Source: an uncultured Verrucomicrobiae bacterium (GTDB lineage Bacteria; Verrucomicrobiota; Verrucomicrobiia; Limisphaerales; Palsa-1400). Taken from it: a stretch of DNA of 64,000 nucleotides. The DNA is taken from contig OY969763.1 in NCBI GenBank assembly GCA_963702845.1, positions 1,184,001 through 1,248,000 of the forward strand, in the 5' to 3' direction. Below are positions 18,874 to 29,244 of the stretch, in pieces (position 1 is the first letter of the stretch; the number at the start of each line of letters is the position of its first letter). The notes under the pieces are model-generated. The model had not been told where the DNA came from and made no database searches. It was given only the letters and a program-made list of their open reading frames with translations. Position numbers and translations under genes: made by a program.

Positions 18874-21635
18874 TCACTGCACAATTTTGAGCCGATAGTA
18901 GCGCGCCTTGTTAGTAGATTGGAGCAGAGCGCCCGCATCTGTAAAAGTCTGCGTTGAAGGCGAGCCGTACGCGCCGGGTCCATCTCACTTTGAATCGGTC
19001 GAACAATGTCGATTAATGGACCATTAAAGCCCCCGTTCGCATCGCCGTCGCAATATTGAAGTCGATACCGGGTTCCACCGACCGTCGACCACGTTAAAAC
19101 AATGTCACCGTTCGGTTGCATCGCGGCGTTGGTGACTCGCAGGGATGAGGCCGAATTGGTCGGATTCGTGTTCGCAAAATATTCGTTAAGGTTGCTTTGA
19201 CCGTCCCCATCGTCATCACCATTTGGATCGGTGACGCCGTAGCGCACTTCCCAGGCATCAGGAAGTCCGTTGCTGTTGAGGTCCGGCGGCGCGTTGACAA
19301 CCAAATCAAGATTGGCACTGGCGCTGATCGCAACGCTATCGGTTGCCGCAAAAGTGAATCGGTCAGTGCCGCGATAACCATGGGTCGGCAGATAAGTGAT
19401 CGTGCCGGTCGCAGGATCGAAATTGTACGTCAGTCCACGGGTTGGCTGACTGTTAGTTCGAAACGCCAGGACATCTGCATTCGCGTCCGAAGCGACGAGA
19501 TTAAAAGTGGTTGGCTGATCGCCTATAACAGTAACCGTTCGATTGGTGGCGACGGGAGCGGTGTTAGCGGTAGTCGTGAAAACACGCGAAGAACTCAGAA
19601 AGGTGTTGCCGGCGGAATCGGTAACTTTGACATACCATTCGTAGGTTTTGCTGGCCTGAAGGCCCGTCCAAACAAAACTATTCTGCGCTCCGGGAGGGAC
19701 GTTCGTATTGGTTCCGAGCGCGACCCACGGAGTTCCCGGCGAGCCTGCTCCATTCGGTTGCATGTTGTAGCTAAACGAAAACTGGCTGTTGCCATCTGTC
19801 TCGTACGCGTCGGTATACGGCGAATACGTTTTCACGCTGACTAAGTTGTTGCTCGGCGAAAAAGTCATCACTCGCATCAGGCCGTTGCCACCGTTGATGC
19901 GCCCCTGATAATCGGAGATGAGCGTGTGAACGGTATGCCCGTTGAAAGTATCTGTGCGCCGGCCTTCGCCGCCCTCGTTGAAAACGTGACCGCCCAGCAT
20001 CAGGAAAAAATTCGGATTCGTTTTCAACTCATCGTAAATCGCCTGGCCTTGGGCGCTGAATGGGGAAACGGTGGTGTCGTCCGGCGTATCGTCTCCTGCA
20101 AAATGCGTCAGAACGATGACTCGCCGATTCTGATTGGTCGCCAAAACATCATCGGCCCAGCCCAAAACGGTGGAGCCGTAGCGCCCATACTCGAAGGAGA
20201 GCACAATAAAATCCAATCCACTGACGCTGAACAAAGCAAACCATGTGTCGTTGTTGGTGCTGAAATGACCACCGTAATAGGGCATGTCGACAAAATGGGA
20301 GGTGCCGAAATATTTGTTATAATTATCGGTTGTACCGTCAGGATCGCCGTTTGGTTCCTGATCGTGGTTGCCGACAGACACGAGGTATGGAATGCCATTA
20401 TTCAAAAGCGTTCGTGCGGGGTTTTCGAGACGGTACATGGCGTTCGTTGCATTGCGCCATTCGGTGGTGTTCGAATTGCCATTCAGGATATCACCATTTT
20501 GCACGCAATCGCCGAGGGTCGCGACAAACGGGATGTTTTGGCGGACGCGGTTGGTGATGATCCATTCGGTTTGGGAATACCACATTTCCATTGTTGCATT
20601 ACCGGAACCCGACGCTTCACGAGCGTAATTTTGTGTGTCGGGCAATACTGGAATGAGAAAGTCTGGACCGGGATACGGCTTCGGAGCTTGACGACCAAAG
20701 TACGTCACCGTGACGTTTCCGGGCGCAGCATTCGAAGGAATCGCTCGCAGCGATGCGGTCGCCCCAAAGTTCGAGGCGCCGTTGGCCGGTGCAGTCAACC
20801 CGGCGGAAACAGGAACCGGGACCACGGAAAAGTTATCGTACGTAACCGGGCCAGCACTGGGAGCAATATCCCAAATGACGTAACGCCCTGGGCCAATAAA
20901 ACGCCAACCATTCGGCAAGTCTGGATCCGTAGCAGTGTCGTAAATCCACGTGAAACCGCCATCCATTGAAACCTGCACGCGCGAGTGAAACGAACTCGTT
21001 TCAGCGCCGGCGTCTGTTACGCGGATGACAAACGTTACCTCAGTGCCAGAACTGCCGGGAACGGTGTTCGTAATGAACGTGTTGAGGTCGACGGCCAGCC
21101 CGGACGCGGCCGTATCAATGCGTTTACCGATGGTGTAAAAATTATCCTCGTTTGCCGTGCGAAACAATTGAACGCCAAAACCCCACGTCGTTGCATCGCC
21201 TTCAGCGCTGGCAATGGCAAACGAGAAGCGCTGTGTGCTAGGGGAATTGTTCGCCATGCTGATAGAAAGATCATACACGACGGGCTTTTGCGTCGTCGCG
21301 GCAGTTGACCCGAATGCAGGTGCTAAATCAAACGGTGTGGACCCGTTTGCGGAAAGGACGAACCGGCCAGCATTAGTCGCGACGTTTACCTGCAGTTTGT
21401 TGCTCGTAATTGCAAATGCCGAGTTGGGTTTCGTGCTCGTGGGAATGTAACGCAAGTTTGCCGACGCCGTTCCCGTGAGACGTGTAGCAGGTGGATTAAT
21501 TCCCGAGTTTACACCTTGATTCAACGAGAAGCCGGTGCCGCTGCTGGTGGCATTGAAGTTGTCCGAAATGATCGGCTGCGCCGTCGCCGACAGGCATAAC
21601 GCCAACGTCAAAAAAACATAAACGACTTTTTTCAT
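18874..21635 (-). CDS. Secreted multidomain calcineurin-like metallophosphoesterase with Ig-like/Big_9 and Ca-binding repeats (frameshift near 18970)
   Basis: Signal peptide MKKVVYVFLTLALCLSATA; LPDTQ, LGDCV, VGNHD, LTH, GGH motifs; NTAPVA..GTDRFTF; DLNSNGLPDAWE; likely true C-terminus ...ARYYRLKIVQ. Confidence 0.82.
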
Positions 21636-21796
21636 GCAATCAGCACGGAACGGCGCTGGATCGAGGTAGCTTTTGTTCCGGTAATTCTGTTGATTGTAGC
21701 GGACGCACGCTGTCATGCAAAGCTTTGCTACGCTGAAATTCAGTACAGGCGGTTCCTGAGTTCCGTCAGCCGACGCGTCGGGCGCGGTCCGGTAGC

Positions 21797-22879
21797 TTAT
21801 CTCTGAATTCGGGCCGAGCCGCCTTTGGCCAAGGCTTCGACTTGATCGAGCGTCGCCATCGTCGTGTCGCCCGGGAACGTTGTCAGCAACGCGCCGTGAG
21901 CCCATCCGAGGTTCACCGATTCCTGCGGTGAACGGCCGGTGAGCAGGCCATAGAAAAATCCCGCGGCATAACCGTCGCCGCCACCGACGCGATCCAGCAC
22001 GTCGAGTTCGCACACGGGCGATTGATACGTTTCACCTTCCATCCACGCCACGGCGCTCCAGCTATGGCGATTGGTCGAATGCACTTCGCGCATCGTCGTC
22101 GCAACGGCTTTGATGTGCGGATGTTTTTTGGTGACGTTCGTCATCATGCTGAAGAACGCGCTCGGATCGAGTTTGCTCTTCGCGTGAACTTCAGGTCCGG
22201 GAATACCGAGGCCGAGTTGAAGGTCTTCTTCGTTGCCGACCAACACGTCGACGTTCTTAACGATTTTGTCCAGGACTGCAACGGCACGTTCGTGACCGCC
22301 GGCAATATTCCAAAGTTTGGCGCGATAGTTGAGGTCGAAGGAGGTGACCGCGCCGGCGGCCTTGGCCGCTTGCATGGCTTCGATGATTACTTCAGCAGTG
22401 GTGTGCGAAAGGGCGGCGAAAATTCCGCCGCTGTGAAACCATCGAACTCCTGAGCCGAAAATTTCTTTCCAATTAAAATCGCCCGGCTTGAGTTGTGCGG
22501 CCGCTTCGTTGCAACGGTTGTAGAAAACGATTGGGGCACGAACGCCATGGCCTTGATCGCTGTAAACCGTGGCCATGTTCGGGCCATGCACGCCATCGTG
22601 CTTGAACGTTTTATAGAACGGCTTCACGCCCATGGCGCGCACGCGTTCGGCAATGAGATCGCCGATGGGATATTGAACCATTGCGCTGGCGATGCCCGTT
22701 TTGAGTTGGAAGCAGTCCGAAAGATTGGCCGCGACATTGAATTCACCGCCGCTGACGTGGATGTCGCAGTGTGTCGCTTTGCGAAAGGGGATCAGGCCAG
22801 GATCAAGGCGATGGACGAGTGCGCCGAGAGAAAGAAAATCCAACGCTCCAGATTTAGGAATGCTCAAAGTCGATTTCAT
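21797..22879 (-). CDS. PfkB-family sugar kinase (2-keto-3-deoxygluconate kinase-like)
   Basis: GGEFNVA, SFDLNYRAKLW, GNEED, DRVGGGDGYAAG. Confidence 0.9.
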   Translation of the reverse strand: MKSTLSIPKSGALDFLSLGALVHRLDPGLIPFRKATHCDIHVSGGEFNVAANLSDCFQLKTGIASAMVQYPIGDLIAERVRAMGVKPFYKTFKHDGVHGPNMATVYSDQGHGVRAPIVFYNRCNEAAAQLKPGDFNWKEIFGSGVRWFHSGGIFAALSHTTAEVIIEAMQAAKAAGAVTSFDLNYRAKLWNIAGGHERAVAVLDKIVKNVDVLVGNEEDLQLGLGIPGPEVHAKSKLDPSAFFSMMTNVTKKHPHIKAVATTMREVHSTNRHSWSAVAWMEGETYQSPVCELDVLDRVGGGDGYAAGFFYGLLTGRSPQESVNLGWAHGALLTTFPGDTTMATLDQVEALAKGGSARIQR

Positions 22880-23370
22880 GGTCGCGGTCGGTATAACATG
22901 GCGACGAACGGATGAAAGTCGGAAATGGTTTCCCGTAATCGTGCCGAATTGTTGCGGCATGTATCATGCGTGTCCTCAACATTTAACGTATGCGTCCATG
23001 AAGCACTCAATGACCCTTAAGTTCAAGTGTAACCGTTGATTAGCATGAGGAAGTCTACGATCGGTTTTGCGACGGGTGCAAGGTCGTGGGGGCGGCTGCT
23101 GATGAGGTTGTGAAACGGTGTCGGTCAATGCTATGGCATATTTTCCCTAAATACCGAATAATTCAAACGGCGACGGCGGTCACACATGCCTGGTCACTCA
23201 CCACTTTCACCTTGCCAATACCGCTACTACATTGTAACACAGTGTCGTTGCCGAAATTAGGCGACGGGGAATCGGGCCCTGGTTGTTTTCGACATTGGAT
23301 CGAAACTCCGTTAGTAGCGTCGTAGCCTTGTGCGAAGACGAATGCTCTTTGAAAATATGAATGTCGATGT

Positions 23371-23440
23371 CAGTTGTCCTGACTTGTCACCAATTGCGAC
23401 GAATCAGGACGGCTTACGACCCATTGTGACCAAATCGGAT
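23371..23440. repeat. 10-bp-period array (two GTC units, then five GAC/GAT units)
   Basis: cagttgtcct/gacttgtcac/caattgcgac/gaatcaggac/ggcttacgac/ccattgtgac/caaatcggat. Confidence 0.7.
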
Positions 23441-23650
23441 ACACCGCCTCCGGGTAGGACAGCGTCTCGCCTGTCGTTAGTGGCGTCCCGCAGCTCACAC
23501 CCTGTGAATTGAACGGTTTCGGAGAGTTGCGGGTAGTTTCGGTTGAAAAGACCTACCCCTCAAAAACGGCTCAGTTTATGCGTTGATCTCTGCGGATTAG
23601 GCGCATACGCCGATGCAACACACCAAAAAACCACGTGTTTTCCCAGCAAA

Positions 23651-23690
23651 TTGTCGTATCTCTCCGCAAGACTCCGCATCTCTCCGCAAA
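23651..23690. repeat. 10-bp-period array, core CTCCGCA
   Basis: ttgtcgtatc/tctccgcaag/actccgcatc/tctccgcaaa. Confidence 0.85.
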
Positions 23691-23750
23691 ATTCGCGGGG
23701 TGGTGCCTGGGACGGTCGCACCGCGCGGGCGCATTTCAAAGTTGTAAAAG

Positions 23751-23800
23751 TAGCTACGAGTTGCTGTTAGTAGCTACGTGTAGCTGATTGTAGCAACATT
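23751..23800. repeat. Five-unit 10-bp-period array, core TAGCT
   Basis: tagctacgag/ttgctgttag/tagctacgtg/tagctgattg/tagcaacatt. Confidence 0.88.
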
Positions 23801-23872
23801 CCCGCGATTTTTTTGCGGGAGGGGTGCTGCTTTGCCTTTCAATGCAAGCGACTAGGACTCCGAATTGTCTCG

Positions 23873-23900
23873 ATTCAGAATGCGGAATTCAAAATGCGGA
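23873..23900. repeat. Heptamer array
   Basis: attcaga atgcgga attcaaa atgcgga. Confidence 0.7.
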
Positions 23901-23941
23901 AGGGATACCGTGTATTGTGCCGAACGGTAGGACAGGGTTTA

Positions 23942-24349
23942 ATGGAGCAGGTGATTTTGAAAATTTTGAAATGGCATTGTTTGGTTTTTGTTCTCGCGTT
24001 CGTTGCCGGGTGTGCGACTGGCCCACGTCCAGATGAACGGATCGCAAAGGCGTATCAGACGGGTATGACGCGGGAGGCTGTGCATCAGCTTCTGGGTAAT
24101 GCGCGACCGTTGGAATCTGTTTTGCGGCCGGCGGGTGGATGGTCAGGTAGTGATACTCGTTATATGGCGAACCGGGCGGCTGCGTATTTCGAGCGGGAAC
24201 ATCACGGTGTTTTGGTCCAGTCGTGCGAGGTATACTGGATTGCGCGCGGCAGCAACGTGGCATGGGTCGTCGGCGGTGTTTTTTGGGACTACTTATTTTT
24301 TGACGGGGACGGAAAGTTGCTTGGGTATCACCGCAGGCTTTTGGATTGA
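23942..24349 (+). CDS. Putative lipoprotein (SmpA/BamE-like GMT..V..LLG motif)
   Basis: Lipobox VAGC after a hydrophobic stretch; GMTREAVHQLLG. Confidence 0.65.
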   Translation: MEQVILKILKWHCLVFVLAFVAGCATGPRPDERIAKAYQTGMTREAVHQLLGNARPLESVLRPAGGWSGSDTRYMANRAAAYFEREHHGVLVQSCEVYWIARGSNVAWVVGGVFWDYLFFDGDGKLLGYHRRLLD

Positions 24350-24626
24350 GGAGAGGGGACATTGCGAAGCCACAGCGGGCACCGGGGGTGGATATTTGAG
24401 GTTAAGTAAATGATGAAGACGGCGCGCGACGGAGCGACCCGTCCTACCGAAGTGTGGCGGGTGGCGCGACATTTCGTTCAGTTTTTCCCCGATTGCGGGC
24501 GCAGGTAAAAAATGAAAGCATCCGTGTAACCCAGCCGTCTGTTCAAAGTTCGTGCGTCATTTTGTTTTGCAGGAGCGATTTGGCGTCGATTTTCAACCCT
24601 GCAAACAACAACTGAATACGCAAAAT

Positions 24627-25391
24627 ATGAAACACACGAATCAACTTAGATCGATAATGGGAATTCTGGCGGCGGTGGCCTTGAGTTTTGGAACCGGTTC
24701 GGTCCGGGCCAATAACATCTTGGGCATCGACGTCTCAAGCGCCCAGGGCTTCATCAACTGGTCGAGCGTTCATGGCGATGGAGTGGTGTTTGCGTTTGCC
24801 AAGGCTTCGGAAGGCACTGCGGTGAGCGATGTCGATTTCGCCGGGAATATGACTCGCGGCAAGGCCGCCGGAATTCAAATGGGCGCGTATCATTTCGTGC
24901 ATCCTGACGTGAATTGTCCCAGCGCTGAAGCGAATCACTTTTGGAACGTGGCCGGGGCTTACATCCTGAAGGATGGAAAGTCGCTCAGTCCGGCGATAGA
25001 TTTCGAAGTCTTCAACGGCACCGCCTGCCAGTCCAGCTATACGGCGTGGGCCAATGCGTTCAACAACGCTGTCAAAAACAAGACAACGAATTCGCTGAAT
25101 TGCCAGATCATCATCGCGCCATGCGGGGGTTGCAATTTCACCAGCAGCCTCACCCTTGGACCGTGGATTGTAAATTATAATGGAGAGAACCTATTCACCG
25201 GTAGCCCATGGAACGTCTGCTGCACGTGCAATGTATGGGATTCGACGCACATATGTGGCAGCAAGGTCTGGAATTATTGGGGTGTCAGCGGCACGGGCGC
25301 GATCAGCGGTATTTCGGGCAATGTCGATTTGGACGCGTTCAATGGAACATTGACGTTTTTGAAATCGTCGCAGGGAATTGGAGGAATTTAA
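24627..25391 (+). CDS. Secreted GH25 lysozyme/muramidase
   Basis: GIDVS, FAFAKASEG, GAYHF, DFE (DxE), GISGNVDLD; signal peptide. Confidence 0.9.
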   Translation: MKHTNQLRSIMGILAAVALSFGTGSVRANNILGIDVSSAQGFINWSSVHGDGVVFAFAKASEGTAVSDVDFAGNMTRGKAAGIQMGAYHFVHPDVNCPSAEANHFWNVAGAYILKDGKSLSPAIDFEVFNGTACQSSYTAWANAFNNAVKNKTTNSLNCQIIIAPCGGCNFTSSLTLGPWIVNYNGENLFTGSPWNVCCTCNVWDSTHICGSKVWNYWGVSGTGAISGISGNVDLDAFNGTLTFLKSSQGIGGI

Positions 25392-25495
25392 GTTAAGGCT
25401 GAAGTAAAAAACAGTTCGTTTTCCCGCGTAGGTGTGAGCTTGCGCGGGATTTTCAATTAAATAAGAAGGTCGAGCAGCGACGGGACGACGATGTA

Positions 25496-26221
25496 CTAGC
25501 GGCGGCCGTCGTACCAGGGGATGCAGGCTTCGCGGCTTTTGACGGTGGCGCGGGGGCTGAAGAGGGCTTTGCGGAAGAAGTGGAAATATTCGGTTCGCGA
25601 ATAGAGACGCATTTTGCGGGCGGAGGTGAGCATCGGGTGCCGGTGCAGGATGACGATTTTTTCGCGGCGTTGTTTCGCGAGTTTTTTCAGGCGGTTGCTG
25701 AGGTCGATTTCTTCGGATGCGAAGAGTTCGAGGTTGAAGCCGCCGATTTCGCGGAAGGCGTCGGCGCGGCAAAAGATGAAGGAGCCGGCGCTCCATTTGC
25801 GAATGCGGCTGATCCAATTCCACACGCTCGTGAGGCGGTCGGCAAAGAAATGGCGTTCGTCCATGCGGATAACGCAGCCGCCGGCCATGCAGCGGCCGCT
25901 TTGAATTTGTTCGGCGACGTCGGCGAAGAGTTCGGGGGTGGGGTGGGAGTCGGCGTCGATGAAGATGAGCCAATCGCCGGTGGCGACGCTTGCTCCGGTG
26001 TTTCGGGCGCGGGCGATTTGGTTGATTTTTTCGGGGACGACTTTCGCTCCAGCGGCTCGCGCGATGTCCGGGGTTTTATCGGTTGAGTTGTTGTCGCAAA
26101 CGACTAACTCGGTTTCCCATGTGAGCGCGGTGAAGCTTTTCGCGGCGTCTTGAATGCTGCGGAGGGTTGCAACGAGAAGTTTCTCTTCGTTGAACGCAGG
26201 GACGACGATGGAGATTTTCAT
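25496..26221 (-). CDS. Family 2 glycosyltransferase
   Basis: ISIVVPAFNEE, VCDNNSTD, ARNTGA, FIDAD, GGFN...EEIDL. Confidence 0.92.
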   Translation of the reverse strand: MKISIVVPAFNEEKLLVATLRSIQDAAKSFTALTWETELVVCDNNSTDKTPDIARAAGAKVVPEKINQIARARNTGASVATGDWLIFIDADSHPTPELFADVAEQIQSGRCMAGGCVIRMDERHFFADRLTSVWNWISRIRKWSAGSFIFCRADAFREIGGFNLELFASEEIDLSNRLKKLAKQRREKIVILHRHPMLTSARKMRLYSRTEYFHFFRKALFSPRATVKSREACIPWYDGRR

Positions 26222-26937
26222 TTGCGCCCGAAGTTGATACTCATCGCGCCGCCGACAGATTGACGATGCTGACATCTTTGCAGCCGAGTTGTCTCATGTG
26301 CGCGGCGACTCGCGTTTTGGGCAGGATAGGCGAGCAGCGATTCGTAGATATAAGCGTGAGTCGCGGCATCGCCACAAAACAACTTACCGAAAATCGGGCA
26401 CGAAATAGTTTTAGATATCCAAAATAGATCGCGCGCAAGAGTGCATTGTCGGGTTTACCAAATTCGAGCACGAGAATGCGCGCTCCAGGCTTTGCCACGC
26501 GATGCATTTCTTCGAGGCCGCGCTGCCAGGATGAAAGATTGCGAAGTCCGTAGCCAACGGTAACGATGTCGAAGGGTTGATTTTCGAATGGCAGGTTTTG
26601 CGCATCGCCCGTGAGGAATTTCAGATTTGAGATTTGCAATTTCAGATTTCGTTTTGCGGCGACTTTTAACATCGCTTTGCTGAAATCCAAACCGGTCGTT
26701 TCTGCTCCTGCTTTCGCGCGAGAGCGGTGGCAATGTCGCCAGTGCCACAACAAACATCCAATGCGCGGTCACCTGGTTTTACGTCGGCCATGCTGGACGA
26801 GACGGCCGCTTCCACACACGATGCATCCAGAAACTTTGCAGATCATTGATGCGATCGTATTGCGGTGCAATTGCTGCAAAGAGATCCTCGACACGCTCGG
26901 CCCGTTTTTCGCCCGGTTCGTAATATGTATTAGCCAT
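26218..26937 (-). CDS. ubiE: UbiE/MenG quinone C-methyltransferase with several frameshifts
   Basis: Hand-read N-terminus MANTYY..RVEDLFAAIAPQYDRINDLQSFWMHRVWKR; GLDFSKAML, GDAQNLPF, VTVGYGLRN, LEEMHRVAKPG..VLEFGKP. Confidence 0.85.
26618..26652. repeat. Heptamer array in-frame in ubiE (RNLKLQISNLKF)
   Basis: atttcag atttgag atttgca atttcag atttcgt. Confidence 0.8.
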
Positions 26938-28246
26938 GCGGGGCGAGCGCAGGTTGCGCGGGCTTCTCAGGTTTGGGTGGTTGATTCTGGACTTCGTCCA
27001 CGCCGGTGATGATACGCGCGCCGCGTTTGTAAGTTAAATAGGAATATGTCCACTGAATGAGCACCGAAATTTTGTTTCGAAACCCAACGAGGAAGAGCAA
27101 GTGGACGACCAACCACATCATCCATGCGATCCAGCCGGAGAGTTGAAGGTTTTTGATTTGAGCGACTGCCGCGGAACGGCCGATCGTCGCCATGGTGCCT
27201 TTGTCCCAGTATAGAAATGGTGGACGTTTTGTCGGTTTCCCGTCCAGATCATGTTCGATAATTCGTGCGATGTGACGCGCTTCCTGCATCGCACTCGGTG
27301 ACACGCCGGGAACGGGTTTGCCATCGGGCTGGATGCACAGCGCCATGTCGCCGATGGCGAAAACGTTTGGATGACCGGGCACGGAAAAATCGGAATTCAC
27401 TTTCACGCGACCGGCCTTGTCCAATTCGACGCCAAGTTTTTTCGTGAGCGGACTCGCCGACACACCGGCTGCCCAGATGATATTGGCTGCGCGAATTTCG
27501 CGATTGGGTAATTGCACGGAACCTTGGCTGATGTTCTGAACGCGCACGCTGGTGAGCACTTCGACGCCGAGTTTCTTCAGTTGCTCGGCCGCTTTGATCG
27601 ACAGGTGGTCAGGGAAACTGCCGAGAACTCGTGGCGAGCCTTCGACCAAAATAATTCGTGCGCGCGACGGATCGATGTGTCGAAAATCCCGGCGCAAAAC
27701 AAACCGCGCCAGTTCCGCGAACGTGCCTGCAAGTTCCACTCCGGTTGGCCCACCGCCCACGACAACAATCGTCATCAGCTCCTGCTGCCGTTGTGGATCG
27801 GTTTCGTCATCGGCGTGTTCGAACGCGAGCAGGATATTGCGCCGGATGCGGAGGGCGTCATCGAGCGACTTGAGGCCGGGCGCAAATTGTTCCCAATCGC
27901 GGTGCCCGAAATAACTGGTCACACTGCCGAGCGCGAGGACGAGATAGTCGTAGGTCAAAATATCTTTCGAGAGCACCACCTGTCGTTGCGCCAAATTAAT
28001 GTCGATGACTTCTTCCATCAGCACGTCGATGTTGCGCTGCTTCGAGAGAATGGCGCGAATGGGCTGCGCAATGTCCGGCGCCGACAGACCAGCTGACGCA
28101 ACTTGGTAGAGTAGTGGTTGAAACAAATGGTGATTCTGGCGGTCGACAATCGTGACGTGCGCATTCGGATGATCGAATTTTTGGCAAAATGTCAGTCCGC
28201 CAAAACCGGCGCCGAGCACCACTACATGTTTGCCATTTGGATTCAT
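26930..28246 (-). CDS. ndh: Type II NADH:quinone oxidoreductase
   Basis: GAGFGGL, HLFQPLLYQVA, GGGPTGVELAG, FAIGD, DKGTMATIGR. Confidence 0.93.
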   Translation of the reverse strand: MNPNGKHVVVLGAGFGGLTFCQKFDHPNAHVTIVDRQNHHLFQPLLYQVASAGLSAPDIAQPIRAILSKQRNIDVLMEEVIDINLAQRQVVLSKDILTYDYLVLALGSVTSYFGHRDWEQFAPGLKSLDDALRIRRNILLAFEHADDETDPQRQQELMTIVVVGGGPTGVELAGTFAELARFVLRRDFRHIDPSRARIILVEGSPRVLGSFPDHLSIKAAEQLKKLGVEVLTSVRVQNISQGSVQLPNREIRAANIIWAAGVSASPLTKKLGVELDKAGRVKVNSDFSVPGHPNVFAIGDMALCIQPDGKPVPGVSPSAMQEARHIARIIEHDLDGKPTKRPPFLYWDKGTMATIGRSAAVAQIKNLQLSGWIAWMMWLVVHLLFLVGFRNKISVLIQWTYSYLTYKRGARIITGVDEVQNQPPKPEKPAQPALAPHG

Positions 28247-28525
28247 CGTGAATCAATTTTTAGCTGTTCGATGTAAAAAGCAAACTCAGCGTGAGAGCCG
28301 TTGCTGTAAGTTGTTGATTTTCAGTGGAGTGACGGTATCGTCAGCCGCAACCCGAGAGCGGTTCAGGGTTTTTACCAGCCCAAAAACCCTTGCGAAAAAT
28401 TTACAAGGGTGTTTAATAATTAATGTTAATCATTTGGATGGGCCGTGCCCATTGCTCCGATTGTTTCGGAGCGTGTTTTTGATGTTAGACCAATTCATGA
28501 AACAGCTTCAACCGGTGAGGGCCTC

Positions 28526-29244
28526 TTGAGTCGCCCTTTTTCTCCTCGACCTGCTCCTGGTCCTTTTATACGCGTCAACGGGAAGATTCGCGCTCGCGAT
28601 GTTCGCGTTATTGACGTCGACAAGAAACAGCTCGGCGTTATACCGCTCGAGCGATGCTATCAATTTAGCGCGCGTCAAAGGCGTCGATCTCGTTGAAATC
28701 GCGCCAAACGCGAACCCGCCGGTGTGCCGATCTGGTGGACTTCGGCAAGTATCGTTACGAACTGGCCAAGCAAGAGAAGGAATCCAAAAAACATCAGCAC
28801 GCGAACAAGGTTAAGGAAATTCAACTTAGCCCGAACATCGACCCGCATGATTTCGGGGTGAAGTTCCAGCACGCGATCGATTTCTTGTGCTCGGACATGA
28901 AGGTCAAAGTGACCTTGCGTTTCCGCGGCCGTGAAATGGCGCATAAAGAATTTGGTTTTCAACAGGTGGACAAATTTGTCAAAGAACTGACGCCTTTTGG
29001 CCATCCTGATGCCGCCCCGAAACTGATCGGCAAAGGCATCAACGTGATGATCAGTCCGCTGCCTCGCAATAAGCGCGCGGCGAACCCGCGTGGTGAGGAC
29101 ATCGAATTGCCGGAAGATGATTCCGATCAATCCGATGAATCGAACGTGAGCGAGGATCAAGAGAATGGCGCGTCGAATGGAAGTTCGGCTAAGCCGGGTG
29201 TCGGGAACGAGGCGTTGTCCAAATTGGAAACCGAAAAGTCCTAA
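28526..29244 (+). CDS. infC: Translation initiation factor IF-3 (frameshifts near 28649 and 28731; probable TTG start)
   Basis: RVNGKIRARDVRVID, VDLVEIAPNANPPVC, DFGKYRYE, KVKVTLRFRGRE; GTGAGG upstream of TTG 28526. Confidence 0.93.

Noticed and set aside
21636..22013. N-terminal extension of the 1065-aa ORF
   Set aside because: Overlaps the sugar kinase gene; a clear signal-peptide start lies at 21635.
23086..23770. Short ORFs of 60-79 aa in the non-coding patch
   Set aside because: Non-ATG starts, no recognisable motifs, and two of them run through repeat arrays.
2355..23800. CRISPR interpretation of the repeat arrays
   Set aside because: Units are 7-11 bp with no 25-40-bp unique spacers, and there are no cas genes.
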